DNA of 64,000 bases from Candidatus Multivorans azotirespirans (lineage in GTDB: Bacteria; Acidobacteriota; Thermoanaerobaculia; Multivoradales; Multivoraceae). The notes under the pieces are model-generated. The model was not told where the DNA came from. It ran no database searches and worked only from the letters and a program-made list of their open reading frames with translations. Below are positions 35,476-48,532 of this stretch, piece after piece. How positions within the stretch are numbered: position 1 is the first letter of the stretch; every line of letters starts with the position of its first letter. Where the stretch lies: assembly GCA_027493095.1 (NCBI GenBank), contig JAPVXD010000198.1, forward strand, positions 30,253 to 94,252, written 5' to 3'. A program made the translations under genes and the position numbers.

Positions 35476-35540
35476 GGGCGGTTCGTCCCGGCCGGGACGC
35501 TACCACCGGGAATCGACTCCGGGGTGGATACCATCGCGCC

Positions 35541-36833
35541 ATGGCTGCGAAGCGGCGATTCCAGACCGTCAAGGGCATGCACGACCTGGTGGGGAAGGCC
35601 CCTGTCTTTGCGTTCGTGGAGGAGAAGGTGCGAGAGGTGTTCTCCCTCTACGGGTACGACGAGGTGCGGACTCCGGTCGTGGAGGAGACGGAGCTGTTCG
35701 TGCGCGGCGTCGGCGAAGGCAGCGAGATCGTCGGCAAGCAGATGTACACCTTCGACGACAAGAAGGGTCGCAGCCTGACGCTCCGTCCGGAAGGCACGGC
35801 GCCGATCGCGCGGGCCTACCTGCAGAACAACTGGGCGTTGGGAGCGCAGCCGGTCAAGGTCTTCTACATGGGACCGTACTTTCGCTACGAGCGCCCCCAG
35901 GAGGGTCGCTACCGTCAGTTCCATCAGATCGGCGCGGAGTTGATCGGGGATCCCGGGCCCTACAGCGACGTCGAATTGCTCGTCATGCTGCTGCGCTTCC
36001 TGGGGGAGCTGGGATTCGAGGACCTGGAGGTGGGCCTGAACTCGGTAGGCGATGTGGAATGCCGGCAGCGTTACTCCCAGCGTCTGCGGGAGTTCCTCGA
36101 ACCGTACCGTGACGACCTGGGCCCGGACAGCCGGCGACGCCTGGAGACGAATCCCCTCCGCATCCTGGACACGAAGGCGCCGAGGGAGCGGGACCTCCTG
36201 GAAGGAGTACCACGACTTCGCGACGAGTTGGGCGGCCCGGCTCGCGAGCACTTCCAGGTCGTCTGCGACGAGCTCGGCCGGTTCGGCATCGACTTCCAGA
36301 TCGACGATCGGCTGGTGCGCGGCCTCGACTACTACACGCGGACCGTGTTCGAGATCACGTCCACCGCCCTGGGTGCCCAGAACGCGATCCTGGGAGGTGG
36401 CCGCTATGACGGTCTGATCGCCGAGCTCGGCGGGCCGAGCGTGCCCGGAATCGGTTTCGCGATCGGTCAGGACCGGCTGGTCGACCTGGTCCTGAAGATT
36501 CCCGGAGCCCGTCAGCTTCTGAACGCCGAGGACCACCGTCGGAGGCCCGTGTGCGTGATTCCGATTGGCGGTTCGTACCGCCGGCATGGCATGGAACTGG
36601 CGCAGGAGTTGCGCGCCGCCGGCATCCCCGCGATCTGTGAGTTCGATTCTCTCCGGTCTCTGAAGGCGCGACTGAAGCAGGCGGCCCGCCACGACTGCCG
36701 GTGGGTCGTCCTCTTTGGCGAGGAGGAAGACAAGAACCGGGAGGTCGTCCTGAGGGACTTCCACGAGGGCAGCCAGGAGACGATTCCGCGGGACGGGTTC
36801 GCGGCCGCGGTGGCGGCGAGAATTTCCGCCTGA
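35541..36833 (+). CDS. hisS: Histidine--tRNA ligase
   Basis: Class II aaRS motifs: FRYERPQEGRYRQFHQIG, GGGRYD. Confidence 0.95.
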   Translation: MAAKRRFQTVKGMHDLVGKAPVFAFVEEKVREVFSLYGYDEVRTPVVEETELFVRGVGEGSEIVGKQMYTFDDKKGRSLTLRPEGTAPIARAYLQNNWALGAQPVKVFYMGPYFRYERPQEGRYRQFHQIGAELIGDPGPYSDVELLVMLLRFLGELGFEDLEVGLNSVGDVECRQRYSQRLREFLEPYRDDLGPDSRRRLETNPLRILDTKAPRERDLLEGVPRLRDELGGPAREHFQVVCDELGRFGIDFQIDDRLVRGLDYYTRTVFEITSTALGAQNAILGGGRYDGLIAELGGPSVPGIGFAIGQDRLVDLVLKIPGARQLLNAEDHRRRPVCVIPIGGSYRRHGMELAQELRAAGIPAICEFDSLRSLKARLKQAARHDCRWVVLFGEEEDKNREVVLRDFHEGSQETIPRDGFAAAVAARISA

Positions 36834-36889
36834 GTTGTGCGAGGATCGGCGGTTCGAGCCGGCAGCGGCTCGCCACGAGGAACACGCAC

Positions 36890-38650
<1,761 letters not shown>

Positions 38651-38669
38651 GAACGCGAAGGAGGTCGGC

Positions 38670-39839
38670 ATGGTGGACTCCGTTCCGGACGCGCCGCGTC
38701 GCCTGACCCTCGCGCACCCTCGCGGCGTGAGCGACATCCTGGTCGGGCCGGGTCTCCTGGCTTCGGCCGGGGGCGGCGCGCTGAGCGAGGTAGCGGAGTG
38801 GTGCCGGGGCCGGACCGTGTTTCTGGTGACCAGCGAGGTCCCGGACCGCCACTGCGGCGCCGCGGCGAGGAACCTGCTCGAGCCGGCCGCACGGGTCGAG
38901 ACTCTCGAGGTGCCGGAGGGCGAGGCGGCGAAGACGGTGGAGTGCGCCGTCTCCGTCTGGCAGCGAATGCTCGATCGCGGCGGCAAGCGGGACAGCCGTC
39001 TCGTCACGCTCGGCGGTGGCGCCGTCGGCGATCTCGGAGGCTTCGCCGCGGCGTGCTTCCTGCGTGGCGTCGACTACATGCAGATCCCGACGACACTGCT
39101 GGCACAGGTCGATGCGTCGGTCGGCGGAAAGACCGGGGTCGACCTGGCCGGCGGCAAGAACACGGTCGGGGCGTTCCATCATCCGCGCTTCGTGCTGGCG
39201 GACATCGACTGCCTGCGGAGCCTGCCGGCCGAGGAGCTTCGAGCCGGCCTGTTCGAAGTGGTCAAGATGGCGGCTCTGCTCGACCTCGATCTGCTGGCGC
39301 TGGTCGAGGAGTCGCTGGATCGTCTGCTCGCCGTGGACGCCGAGGTGTTGACGCCGGTCGTTGCGGCCTCCATCCGGGCCAAGCTGGGCGTGGTCGAAGC
39401 GGATCTCGAGGAAGGCGACCGCCGCCGTCTGCTCAACTTCGGACACACGCTGGGGCATGCGATCGAGTCGGAGTTCGGCTATCGCGGACTACGCCACGGC
39501 GACGCGGTCGGCCACGGGATGAGGTTCGCCCTCCGCCTCGCGCTGCGCCGCGGGCTGGATGGGGACTTCGCGGCGCGGCTGCGTCGCGTGATCGACCGGC
39601 TCGGACCGCCGGCGCTCGAGGAGGTCGAGCGGGAACTCGGCGTGCGTCTCGACGCGGCCCGGTTGATCGAGGCGATGGGCCGGGACAAGAAGGCCCGCGA
39701 GAGCGGTCTGGTGTGGGTTCTGCCGGCGGCGCCGGGACGGGGCGAGATCGTCCCCGGCCTCGATCCGGCGCTGGTGCGGAGCGAACTCGAGGCCTTCCTC
39801 GACCTGTCGCGCGCTCCGGCAGGCGGGGGTTCGCCGTGA
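38670..39839 (+). CDS. aroB: 3-dehydroquinate synthase
   Basis: GGGAVGDLGGFAAACFLRGVDYMQIPTTLLAQVDASVGGKTGV signature. Confidence 0.9.
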   Translation: MVDSVPDAPRRLTLAHPRGVSDILVGPGLLASAGGGALSEVAEWCRGRTVFLVTSEVPDRHCGAAARNLLEPAARVETLEVPEGEAAKTVECAVSVWQRMLDRGGKRDSRLVTLGGGAVGDLGGFAAACFLRGVDYMQIPTTLLAQVDASVGGKTGVDLAGGKNTVGAFHHPRFVLADIDCLRSLPAEELRAGLFEVVKMAALLDLDLLALVEESLDRLLAVDAEVLTPVVAASIRAKLGVVEADLEEGDRRRLLNFGHTLGHAIESEFGYRGLRHGDAVGHGMRFALRLALRRGLDGDFAARLRRVIDRLGPPALEEVERELGVRLDAARLIEAMGRDKKARESGLVWVLPAAPGRGEIVPGLDPALVRSELEAFLDLSRAPAGGGSP

Positions 39840-40822
39840 GTGCTGACCTCGGCGGCGGAGTAGTCCTGCAACGGTCCGGGGACGAACTCCGATCGGGCGG
39901 GCTGTGGAATCGGCTGCGTCGGGGTCTCGGTCGTACCCGGAAGGGGCTTTCCGGCCGGATCGGCGCCGTGCTCGGAAACGCGCAGCGGATCGACGAGGGG
40001 GTTCTGGAGCAACTCGAGGAGACCCTGATCGAGGCCGATCTCGGGGTCGAGACGTCTCTGGAGCTCGTCGACCGCCTCCGGTCCGCGGTCCGCACCGGAT
40101 CCGTCGCGCGAGGCGATGAGGTCGGGCTTCGGCAGTTGCTGGTCGACGAGGTGGCGGTGCTGCTCCTCGACGCGCCGCGCGCCGAGTGGCCGCCTCCGCC
40201 GCGGATCACCCTGCTGGTCGGCGTCAACGGCTCGGGCAAGACGACCTCCGCAGCCAAGCTGGCCCACGCTTCCCTGGCGCGCGGCGAGCGGGTGCTGTTC
40301 GCGGCGGCGGACACCTTCCGGGCGGCCGCGGCCGAGCAGCTCCAGGTCTGGGGCGAGCGGCTCGGAGTCGAGGTGGTGCGCCGTCCGTCGGGAGGCGATC
40401 CGGCAGCGCTCGTGTTCGATGCCGTGCAGGCCGCCGGGGCCCGCGGCGCGGACCACCTGATCGTCGACACGGCGGGCCGGCTTCACACCCGCGGCCAACT
40501 GATGGACGAACTGGCGAAGGTGCATCGGGTGGCGCGGCGGGCATCGGCGGAAGCCGAGGGCCGCACCTGGCGGGTGAGCAACCTCCTCGTCGTCGACGCC
40601 GGAACCGGACACAACGCCCTGGTGCAGGCGCGGGAGTTCGGCGCCGCCGCCCCGCTCGACGCCGTCTTCCTGGCCAAGATCGACGGCACCGCCAAGGGCG
40701 GCATGGCGGTGGCGATCGCGCGCGACCTGCGCTTGCCCGTCGCCTGGCTGGGCGTAGGCGAGGCGGTCGAGGACATGGTCGACTTCGATCCACGGTCGTT
40801 CGCGGCCGCCCTGTTCGGATGA
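39836..40822 (+). CDS. ftsY: Signal recognition particle receptor FtsY
   Basis: SRP-GTPase motifs (GVNGSGKTTS, DTAGR, AKIDG). GTG start overlaps the aroB stop. Confidence 0.9.
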   Translation: MSADLGGGVVLQRSGDELRSGGLWNRLRRGLGRTRKGLSGRIGAVLGNAQRIDEGVLEQLEETLIEADLGVETSLELVDRLRSAVRTGSVARGDEVGLRQLLVDEVAVLLLDAPRAEWPPPPRITLLVGVNGSGKTTSAAKLAHASLARGERVLFAAADTFRAAAAEQLQVWGERLGVEVVRRPSGGDPAALVFDAVQAAGARGADHLIVDTAGRLHTRGQLMDELAKVHRVARRASAEAEGRTWRVSNLLVVDAGTGHNALVQAREFGAAAPLDAVFLAKIDGTAKGGMAVAIARDLRLPVAWLGVGEAVEDMVDFDPRSFAAALFG

Positions 40823-41988
40823 GCGAAGAGGCGGAATTCAGCCCGAGCGACGAGCGGGCGATGGCGCGCGCGTTGACTTTGGCGCGTCGCGGGCGCTACA
40901 CCGTGGCGCCGAACCCGCTGGTTGGGGCCGTGGTCACGAACGGCGTCGAAATCGTCGGCGAGGGTTGGCACCGTCGGGCGGGCGGAGAGCACGCGGAGGC
41001 GGCGGCGCTGCGAGTCGCAGGAAACGCGGCGCTGGACGGCACGCTGTACGTGAGCCTAGAGCCCTGCAACCATCACGGGCGCACGCCGCCCTGCGCCGAC
41101 CGGGTCATCGAATCCGGCATCAAGCGCGTGGTCTATGCCCACCGCGATCCGAACCCGGAGGTCACGGGCGGCGGCGGGGACAGGCTTCGGGCCATGGGCG
41201 TCCGGGTCGAGGGCGGGCTGCTTGCCGGCCAGGCCGTGGAGATGAACGTTCCGTTCCTGACCCGAGTCGTGCACCGGCGGCCGGCGGTGACGCTCAAGTG
41301 GGCGATGAGCCTGGACGGACGGATCGCGACGGCGACCGGCGACAGCCAGTGGATCTCGTCGGAAGAGGGCAGGAAGTGGGCGCTCGAACAGCGGGAGGAG
41401 CACCAGGCGATCGTCGTCGGCAGCGGCACCGCGCTGGCCGACGATCCACGGCTGAACCGGAGGCTGCGTCGGGCCGAGGGGCCGATCCTGCGGGTAGTGC
41501 TCGATCGGCGGCTGCGAGTGTCGCCCACGGCGCGGATGTTCGAGGTCGAGGGGCCCGTCGTCATCTGTACCGCGGCTCCGCGGGAGCTCGGCTCCTCGAC
41601 GTCGGCGGACGCTCGGGATTGGGCGACGCGGCGCGACCGGCTGCGCCGCGCCGGCGCCGAGGTGGTGGCCCTTTCCGCCGTGGAGCCGGCTGGTGTGCTG
41701 GAAGACCTCTTCGACCGTGGCGTCTCCAACGTGCTGGTCGAGGGTGGAGGGGAGATACTCGCCGCCTTTTCCGGGTCCGGGCTGTGGGATCGGGCGGCGG
41801 TCTGCTGCGCGCCGGTTCTGATCGGCGGCGCGACGGCCCCCGGTCCTCTGGGCGGCGAGGGACCGCGGCGGCTGGCCGACGCCTTGCGCCTGGACGAACT
41901 GCGAGTCAGCAGGCGCGGATCGGACGTGATTCTCTTAGGCTACAGGCAGGGATGTTTACCGGAATTGTCACGGAGCGTGGGCGGGTAG
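40819..41988 (+). CDS. ribD: Bifunctional riboflavin biosynthesis deaminase/reductase RibD
   Basis: CMP/dCMP deaminase zinc motif (HAE...PCNHHGRTPPC) plus a C-terminal RibD reductase domain. ATGA overlap with ftsY. Confidence 0.9.
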   Translation: MSEEAEFSPSDERAMARALTLARRGRYTVAPNPLVGAVVTNGVEIVGEGWHRRAGGEHAEAAALRVAGNAALDGTLYVSLEPCNHHGRTPPCADRVIESGIKRVVYAHRDPNPEVTGGGGDRLRAMGVRVEGGLLAGQAVEMNVPFLTRVVHRRPAVTLKWAMSLDGRIATATGDSQWISSEEGRKWALEQREEHQAIVVGSGTALADDPRLNRRLRRAEGPILRVVLDRRLRVSPTARMFEVEGPVVICTAAPRELGSSTSADARDWATRRDRLRRAGAEVVALSAVEPAGVLEDLFDRGVSNVLVEGGGEILAAFSGSGLWDRAAVCCAPVLIGGATAPGPLGGEGPRRLADALRLDELRVSRRGSDVILLGYRQGCLPELSRSVGG

Positions 41989-42587
41989 TCGAGGCGGCCG
42001 GGGTGTCCGACCGGGGGGGCGCGCGCCTGGTCGTCGGACACTCGGCGGCGCTGGCCGCGAAGCTCGATCTGGGCGCCAGCATCGCCATAGCGGGCGTGTG
42101 TCTGACCGTGGTGGAGCAGGACGAGGTGGATGGAGCCGCGCGAACCGTGTTCGATCTGTCCCCGGAGACGCTGAGCCGAACGACGCTCGGCGCGTTGCGC
42201 GCCGGCGACGACGTGAATCTCGAGCCGCCGCTCTCGGCCGGGGACCCGTTGGGCGGCCACTGGGTCCAGGGGCACGTCGACACGACGACCCGGGTAACGC
42301 GCGTGGAGGAGCAGGGGGACCACCGCGTCGTCACGTTCAACGTTCCGGCCGGACTGGAGACGGGAGTCGTGCTCAAGGGCAGCATCACGATCGACGGCGT
42401 GAGCCTGACCGTCGCGGCGCTCGAGGAACGGACCTTCGACGTGGCGCTGATCCCGCACACCCTCGAGGTGACGACCCTTGGCGGTCTGAAGCCGGGCGAC
42501 CGGGTGAACGTCGAGGGCGACGTCCTCGCCCGCTACGTCCAGAAGGCGGTGGAGGCGGCGGTCGCCGCCGCGCTCGAGTCGAAGTAG
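41952..42587 (+). CDS. ribE: Riboflavin synthase (alpha subunit)
   Basis: MFTGIV...GHSAA...SIAIAGVCLTV and a second lumazine-binding repeat GSITIDGVSLTV. Confidence 0.9.
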   Translation: MFTGIVTERGRVVEAAGVSDRGGARLVVGHSAALAAKLDLGASIAIAGVCLTVVEQDEVDGAARTVFDLSPETLSRTTLGALRAGDDVNLEPPLSAGDPLGGHWVQGHVDTTTRVTRVEEQGDHRVVTFNVPAGLETGVVLKGSITIDGVSLTVAALEERTFDVALIPHTLEVTTLGGLKPGDRVNVEGDVLARYVQKAVEAAVAAALESK

Positions 42588-42591
42588 TCAA

Positions 42592-43581
42592 GTGACGTCC
42601 CTCACGCTTCGAGAGCACGTCGCCGAACCCGCGAATCTCTGGATCCGTCACAGTTTCTCCCGCTGGCCGGCGGCCGGTGAGGACGACTTCTGGTGCGATC
42701 TGGCTACCGGCAGCCTGCGATCGTCCGGTGCTGCGGCGGATGCGGCGTCCGTCGATGCAGCGGACGCAGTCGAGCTGCTCCACTCAGTGACCGATGTCGT
42801 CTACGTTCCGCCGGTTGCGGCTGAACACGGGCCACTCCGTTCGAGCATCATCGAAGCCGCAGCAGCCATGGGCGCCCCCCTCCTGGTCCAGGTCGTATGC
42901 GATCGCCTGGCGGGCACCGCGGCCGCCGACCTGCCGCCCAACGCCACCGTGGTGCTCGACCTGCTCGACAGCCTGGTTTGCCAGGCCGCAGCGCTGCGAG
43001 AGGAGTTCAGGGAGAACCGCCAGCCGAGCCTCCCGTTCGCTCCGGCGCCGCTCCAGGACGCGACCCTGGTCTGGCCGCTGATCTCTGGCTGGACTGATCA
43101 ACCAGAGGTTCTGGGCCCGGCCACGGTCCGCTTCGCGGCAGCGGGAGCCCGCCGAGTCGTCCCGCGCTCGCTCGAACTGGACGCCCGCGACCGGCGCCTG
43201 CTCGCCGAACGCCTCCAGACGACCTGGCCGGAGGCATTCGACGCCCTCTTTCACGGCGGGGAGTCTGTTCCAGACACGGCGGCCTTCCGAAGTGTCGCCG
43301 AAGCCGCCGGTCTCGAACATCGCCTGCCACGGCCACTGCCCGCACCCCCGCTCCCGGAACGACTCCGCCTTGCGCGTGAACTCGCGGGTCACCTGATCGA
43401 ACTCGGTGACGCTGCCGTCACCGGGGGCGACGCCTACTACCGTGCCGCCCGTTTCCTCGACCAGGACGAAGTCGACATCGAAGCAGCCGCCCGCGAAGGC
43501 AACCTCGGCGTCCTGCCGTGGCTCGAGGATCCGGTCAGGCAGGCGGTGGAGCAGTGGCTGACCGCACGGCGAGGAGACTGA
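42592..43581 (+). CDS. Hypothetical protein (no recognisable motifs), last gene of the hisS-ribE gene string
   Basis: 329-aa ORF with coding-like composition in this frame and a GTG start 5 nt after the ribE stop. Function unknown. Confidence 0.4.
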   Translation: MTSLTLREHVAEPANLWIRHSFSRWPAAGEDDFWCDLATGSLRSSGAAADAASVDAADAVELLHSVTDVVYVPPVAAEHGPLRSSIIEAAAAMGAPLLVQVVCDRLAGTAAADLPPNATVVLDLLDSLVCQAAALREEFRENRQPSLPFAPAPLQDATLVWPLISGWTDQPEVLGPATVRFAAAGARRVVPRSLELDARDRRLLAERLQTTWPEAFDALFHGGESVPDTAAFRSVAEAAGLEHRLPRPLPAPPLPERLRLARELAGHLIELGDAAVTGGDAYYRAARFLDQDEVDIEAAAREGNLGVLPWLEDPVRQAVEQWLTARRGD

Positions 43582-43630
43582 CGCCCGGTGCACCTGGTCG
43601 TCTTCGACGGCGTGCTGGCCCTGACGGCTC

Positions 43631-45118
<1,488 letters not shown>

Positions 45119-45121
45119 GGC

Positions 45122-45994
45122 TCAGCTCGACTCCACGTTCCAGAAGACGTCGTCCACGAACAGGTCGGAGATGAGGCGGGCGACGCCGGAGGAGGCTCTG
45201 CCGCCGATCCGCAGCACGTCCTGATGGTCGACCGCGTCGTCCACGAGCCCCACGCCCATGTTCGTGACCAGCGAGAAGCCGAGCACGCGGAGTCCCATGT
45301 GGCGGGCGGCGATCACTTCGAGCACGGTCGACATGCCGACCAGGTCGGCGCCCAGCGTGCGGTATGCGCGGATCTCGGCGGGGGTCTCGAAGGACGGTCC
45401 GAGCAGGCCGGCGTAGACACCCTCGCCTACCGGGATCCCGGCCTGTTCTCCGAGTGCCGCGAAGCGGCGGCGCAGGCCGGCGTCGTAGGCGTCCGCCAGG
45501 TCGGGGAACTGCGGCCCCCACGCGGCCGGCAGCTGGCCCCTGAGCGGGTTCAGACCGGTCAGGTTGATGTGGTCGGAGATGGCCGCGATCGAGCCGGGCG
45601 GCAGGTCCGCCCGCAGCGAACCGGCGGCGTTCGTGACGACCAGCGACCGGGCGCCGAGGAGGGCGCTGAGCCGCACCAGGTAGACGACCTGGGCCGGCGT
45701 GTAGCCCTGGTAGGCGTGCAAGCGGCCGCGGCTGTAGAGGACCAGTCGGCCGTTGGCCGTCCGCACGAGTTCGGCGGTCACGGCGTGGCCCTCGATCGCC
45801 TCGACATCGAAGGGGAACAGGTGGGAGAAGGGCCATGGACCCGCCGCCGGCTCGCCGAGATCGAGGCTCAGGCCTGAGCCGGTGACGAGGAGGGCCTCCG
45901 GCGTCGGGATTCCGGCCTCCAGCCAGCGCCGCCGGCTCTCCTCGAGTTCGGCCGCGAGACTCCTGTCCGGGCCGGTATCCTTGTGTCCATTCAC
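45122..45994 (-). CDS. Purine nucleoside phosphorylase (PunA-type trimeric PNP family)
   Basis: Only the 3' ~290 codons of the 898-aa track ORF are PNP-like (LVTGSGLSLDLG...VGMSTVLEVIAAR). Start is assigned to the GTG near 45994; an ATG near 46040 is an alternative. Stop is 3 nt before the lysS start. Confidence 0.8.
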   Translation of the reverse strand: MNGHKDTGPDRSLAAELEESRRRWLEAGIPTPEALLVTGSGLSLDLGEPAAGPWPFSHLFPFDVEAIEGHAVTAELVRTANGRLVLYSRGRLHAYQGYTPAQVVYLVRLSALLGARSLVVTNAAGSLRADLPPGSIAAISDHINLTGLNPLRGQLPAAWGPQFPDLADAYDAGLRRRFAALGEQAGIPVGEGVYAGLLGPSFETPAEIRAYRTLGADLVGMSTVLEVIAARHMGLRVLGFSLVTNMGVGLVDDAVDHQDVLRIGGRASSGVARLISDLFVDDVFWNVESS

Positions 45995-46057
45995 GGCGTT
46001 CTCTCGCGTCGCCCGCTCCAGGCTTGGAGTGCGGCAGACCATATCCTGAGGAGTTCG

Positions 46058-46603
46058 ATGACCGAAGATGGCATACCGCGCGAGTTGATCTCGAGGGAAG
46101 TGCTCGACCGCAGGGTCGGCGAGCTGGCCGACGAGATCGAGAGGGACTACGCCGACAGCGAGGAGTTGCTCTGTGTCGGTGTGCTGAAGGGATCCGTCTT
46201 CTTCATGTCCGACCTCCTGCAGCGCCTGTCCCGGCCGCTCGTCGTCGACTTCTTCCAGACCTCGAGCTATCGGGGCGAGACGACGTCGCCCGGAGAGGTG
46301 CGGATCCGCCGCGATCTCGATCACTCCCTGGCCGGTCGGGACGTTCTGCTCATCGAGGACATCGTGGACACCGGCTACACGATGCGGACGATCATGGCGC
46401 TGATGGGGTTCAGGGGCGCGCGATCCGTGCGGCTCTGCGTCCTGCTCGACAAGGCCTGCAAGCGGGAGACGCCCGTTCAGATCCACTATCGCGGCTTCGA
46501 GGTGGACGACGTGTTCGTCGTCGGCTACGGCCTCGACTACGACGATCGCTACCGCAACCTGCCCTACATCGGCGTGCTGGAAGAGCCGGGAGCCTCGGAG
46601 TAG
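46058..46603 (+). CDS. hpt: Hypoxanthine phosphoribosyltransferase
   Basis: GAGGAG RBS, PRPP-binding motif VLLIEDIVDTGYT, ~180 aa. Confidence 0.9.
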   Translation: MTEDGIPRELISREVLDRRVGELADEIERDYADSEELLCVGVLKGSVFFMSDLLQRLSRPLVVDFFQTSSYRGETTSPGEVRIRRDLDHSLAGRDVLLIEDIVDTGYTMRTIMALMGFRGARSVRLCVLLDKACKRETPVQIHYRGFEVDDVFVVGYGLDYDDRYRNLPYIGVLEEPGASE

Positions 46604-46633
46604 GCTGGCACTCTTTGGGCTGAAGGCGTCGCC

Positions 46634-47851
46634 GTGGGGTTCGTCTGGCACATAGCCGTCAGGTACTTCCGCTCCACCCGCGCGGACGCGCACATCCGGG
46701 CGCTGTCCACCCTGACGGCGGGCGGCCTGGCGGTGGGTACCGCGGCGCTGGTGCTGGCGCTGGCGGCCCTTGCCGGCTTCCAGAACCTCCTGCTGGAAGA
46801 CCTCGCGCGGCATACGCCGGCACTCCAGATCGAGCTCGGAGGTGGAAGCGTCCCCGGAAGTGGCCTCGAAGGTGGGGCAACGACGGAGCCGCTCCGGGGC
46901 CTGGCCGAACTGGCGGCTGCGACGGACGGCGTCGCCGGCGTCCAGGAGTTGCTCTACGCGCGAGGCTGGCTGGCCGATGACGACCGTCCGTTCGCGGTCG
47001 AGGTGCTGGGTTACGAGAAGACACCGCCGCCGTGGATTCCGGTCCAGGGGGAGGCGACCCCAGGACTGATCGTGCCCGTCTCCGTGGCGCTGCGGATGGG
47101 GCTGGCGGTGGGCGACATGGTGCGCGTCGTCTCGCCTCGCCCCGGGCTCACGCCGATCGGACCCCAGCCGCGGACGCGGATGCTGCCGGTCGATCTGATC
47201 TACAGGTCGGACCGGGCCGAGGACACGGACGATCCGGTGCTGGTGCCGCTCGACCAGGCCTCCGCCCTGTTCGCGCGCGGCGACAGGCGACTGGACCTGA
47301 CGCTTGCACCGGAGGCGGATCCGGAGCGGATCGGCGGCTTCCTGCGTCAGGGAATCGATCCTTCCGTGGCGACGGTCACCACCTGGAGGGAGGCCAACCG
47401 GGCTCTCCTCTTCGTGCTGCGCCTCGAGAAGGGTCTCGTGTTCTCGGCGGTGGCGTTGATCGTCGTGGTCGCCTCGTTCGCCCTGCTCGCGGCGCTGTCG
47501 ATGGTGCTTTCGAGCAAGCGCGCCGAGGTCGGCGTGCTGGCGGCAATGGGTGCGCCGCCGGCCCGGTTGCAACGGGTGTTCCTGCTGCTCGGCGCGCTGC
47601 TGTCGGTGGGCGGCGCCGGCTTCGGCGGCGCGGCCGGCGCGGGGCTCGCGGCGTTTCTCGACCGTTACCGCGTGATCTCCACGCCGTCGGACGTGTACGT
47701 CGTGGACTACGTGCCCTTCCTGGTCAGGGGGACGGACGTGTTCGTCGTGCTGGTCGTGACCGTCCTGTTCACCGCCGCGGCCGCGGTGATCGGGGCGCGC
47801 AAGGCGAGCCTTCTTCACCCGGTCGAGGCGATGCGGAGCGCGCGCACATGA
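46634..47851 (+). CDS. lolE: Lipoprotein-releasing system permease LolC/E family (FtsX-like)
   Basis: N-terminus VWHIAVRYFRS...R, large periplasmic loop and C-terminal FtsX-type TM helices. Co-directional with, and overlapping, the LolD-type ATPase gene. Confidence 0.75.
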   Translation: MGFVWHIAVRYFRSTRADAHIRALSTLTAGGLAVGTAALVLALAALAGFQNLLLEDLARHTPALQIELGGGSVPGSGLEGGATTEPLRGLAELAAATDGVAGVQELLYARGWLADDDRPFAVEVLGYEKTPPPWIPVQGEATPGLIVPVSVALRMGLAVGDMVRVVSPRPGLTPIGPQPRTRMLPVDLIYRSDRAEDTDDPVLVPLDQASALFARGDRRLDLTLAPEADPERIGGFLRQGIDPSVATVTTWREANRALLFVLRLEKGLVFSAVALIVVVASFALLAALSMVLSSKRAEVGVLAAMGAPPARLQRVFLLLGALLSVGGAGFGGAAGAGLAAFLDRYRVISTPSDVYVVDYVPFLVRGTDVFVVLVVTVLFTAAAAVIGARKASLLHPVEAMRSART

Positions 47852-48522
47852 TCGAGGCCGCCGGGGTCACCAAGGCCTACCAGGACGGCGCTGTCCGACG
47901 GCAGGTGCTGCGCGGCGTGGACCTGGAGGTCCCGCGCGGCGAGACGGCAGCCATCGTCGGTCCTTCCGGCTCGGGCAAGTCGACGCTGCTCAACATCCTG
48001 GGCGCGCTCGATACCCCGGACGCGGGTTCGGTTCGGGTCGACGGCGTCGACCTCACCGCGTCCAGGCCGTCGGCCCTGGCGGGCTTTCGCAACCGGTCCC
48101 TCGGTTTCGTCTTCCAGTTCCATCAACTGCTGCCGGACTTCACCGCGCTCGAGAACGTGATGATGCCGGGGCGGATCGCGGGCCGCCCGAGCTCGTCTCT
48201 CGGCGACCAGGCGCTCACGCTCCTGGACCAGGTCGGCCTCGCCGACCGCCCCGACGCCTTCCCGCAGCAGCTTTCCGGCGGCGAACGGCAGCGGATCGCG
48301 ATCTGCCGCGCCCTGGTGCTGGAACCGGCGGTGCTGCTGGCCGACGAACCGACCGGCAACCTGGATGCGCGGAGCGGCGAGCAGGTCCTCGAGCTCCTGG
48401 ACACGCTGAGGAGGCGCCGGGACACGACGATGGTGCTGGTGACGCACAACCCGGAAGTGGCGAAGCGCTGCGGCAGGATGCTTCGTCTCGACGGTGGCCG
48501 TCTGACGGCGCTGGGCGAATAA
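47848..48522 (+). CDS. lolD: Lipoprotein-releasing system ATP-binding protein LolD
   Basis: Walker A GPSGSGKST, signature LSGGERQR, Walker B LLADEPTGNLD. ATGA overlap with the permease gene. Confidence 0.9.
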   Translation: MIEAAGVTKAYQDGAVRRQVLRGVDLEVPRGETAAIVGPSGSGKSTLLNILGALDTPDAGSVRVDGVDLTASRPSALAGFRNRSLGFVFQFHQLLPDFTALENVMMPGRIAGRPSSSLGDQALTLLDQVGLADRPDAFPQQLSGGERQRIAICRALVLEPAVLLADEPTGNLDARSGEQVLELLDTLRRRRDTTMVLVTHNPEVAKRCGRMLRLDGGRLTALGE

Positions 48523-48532
48523 ACTCTAGGCC

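Noticed and set aside
38798-40822. 674-aa plus-strand ORF covering aroB in another frame and ftsY
   Set aside because: The first ~350 aa are Arg/Gly-rich off-frame translation of aroB. Recognisable FtsY sequence begins at the GTG at 39836, which overlaps the aroB stop.
45122-47818. 898-aa minus-strand ORF spanning hpt and lolE
   Set aside because: Only the last ~290 codons resemble a known protein (purine nucleoside phosphorylase). The upstream 600 codons are Arg/His/Gly-rich antisense to the clearly real hpt and lolE genes, a typical high-GC read-through artefact.
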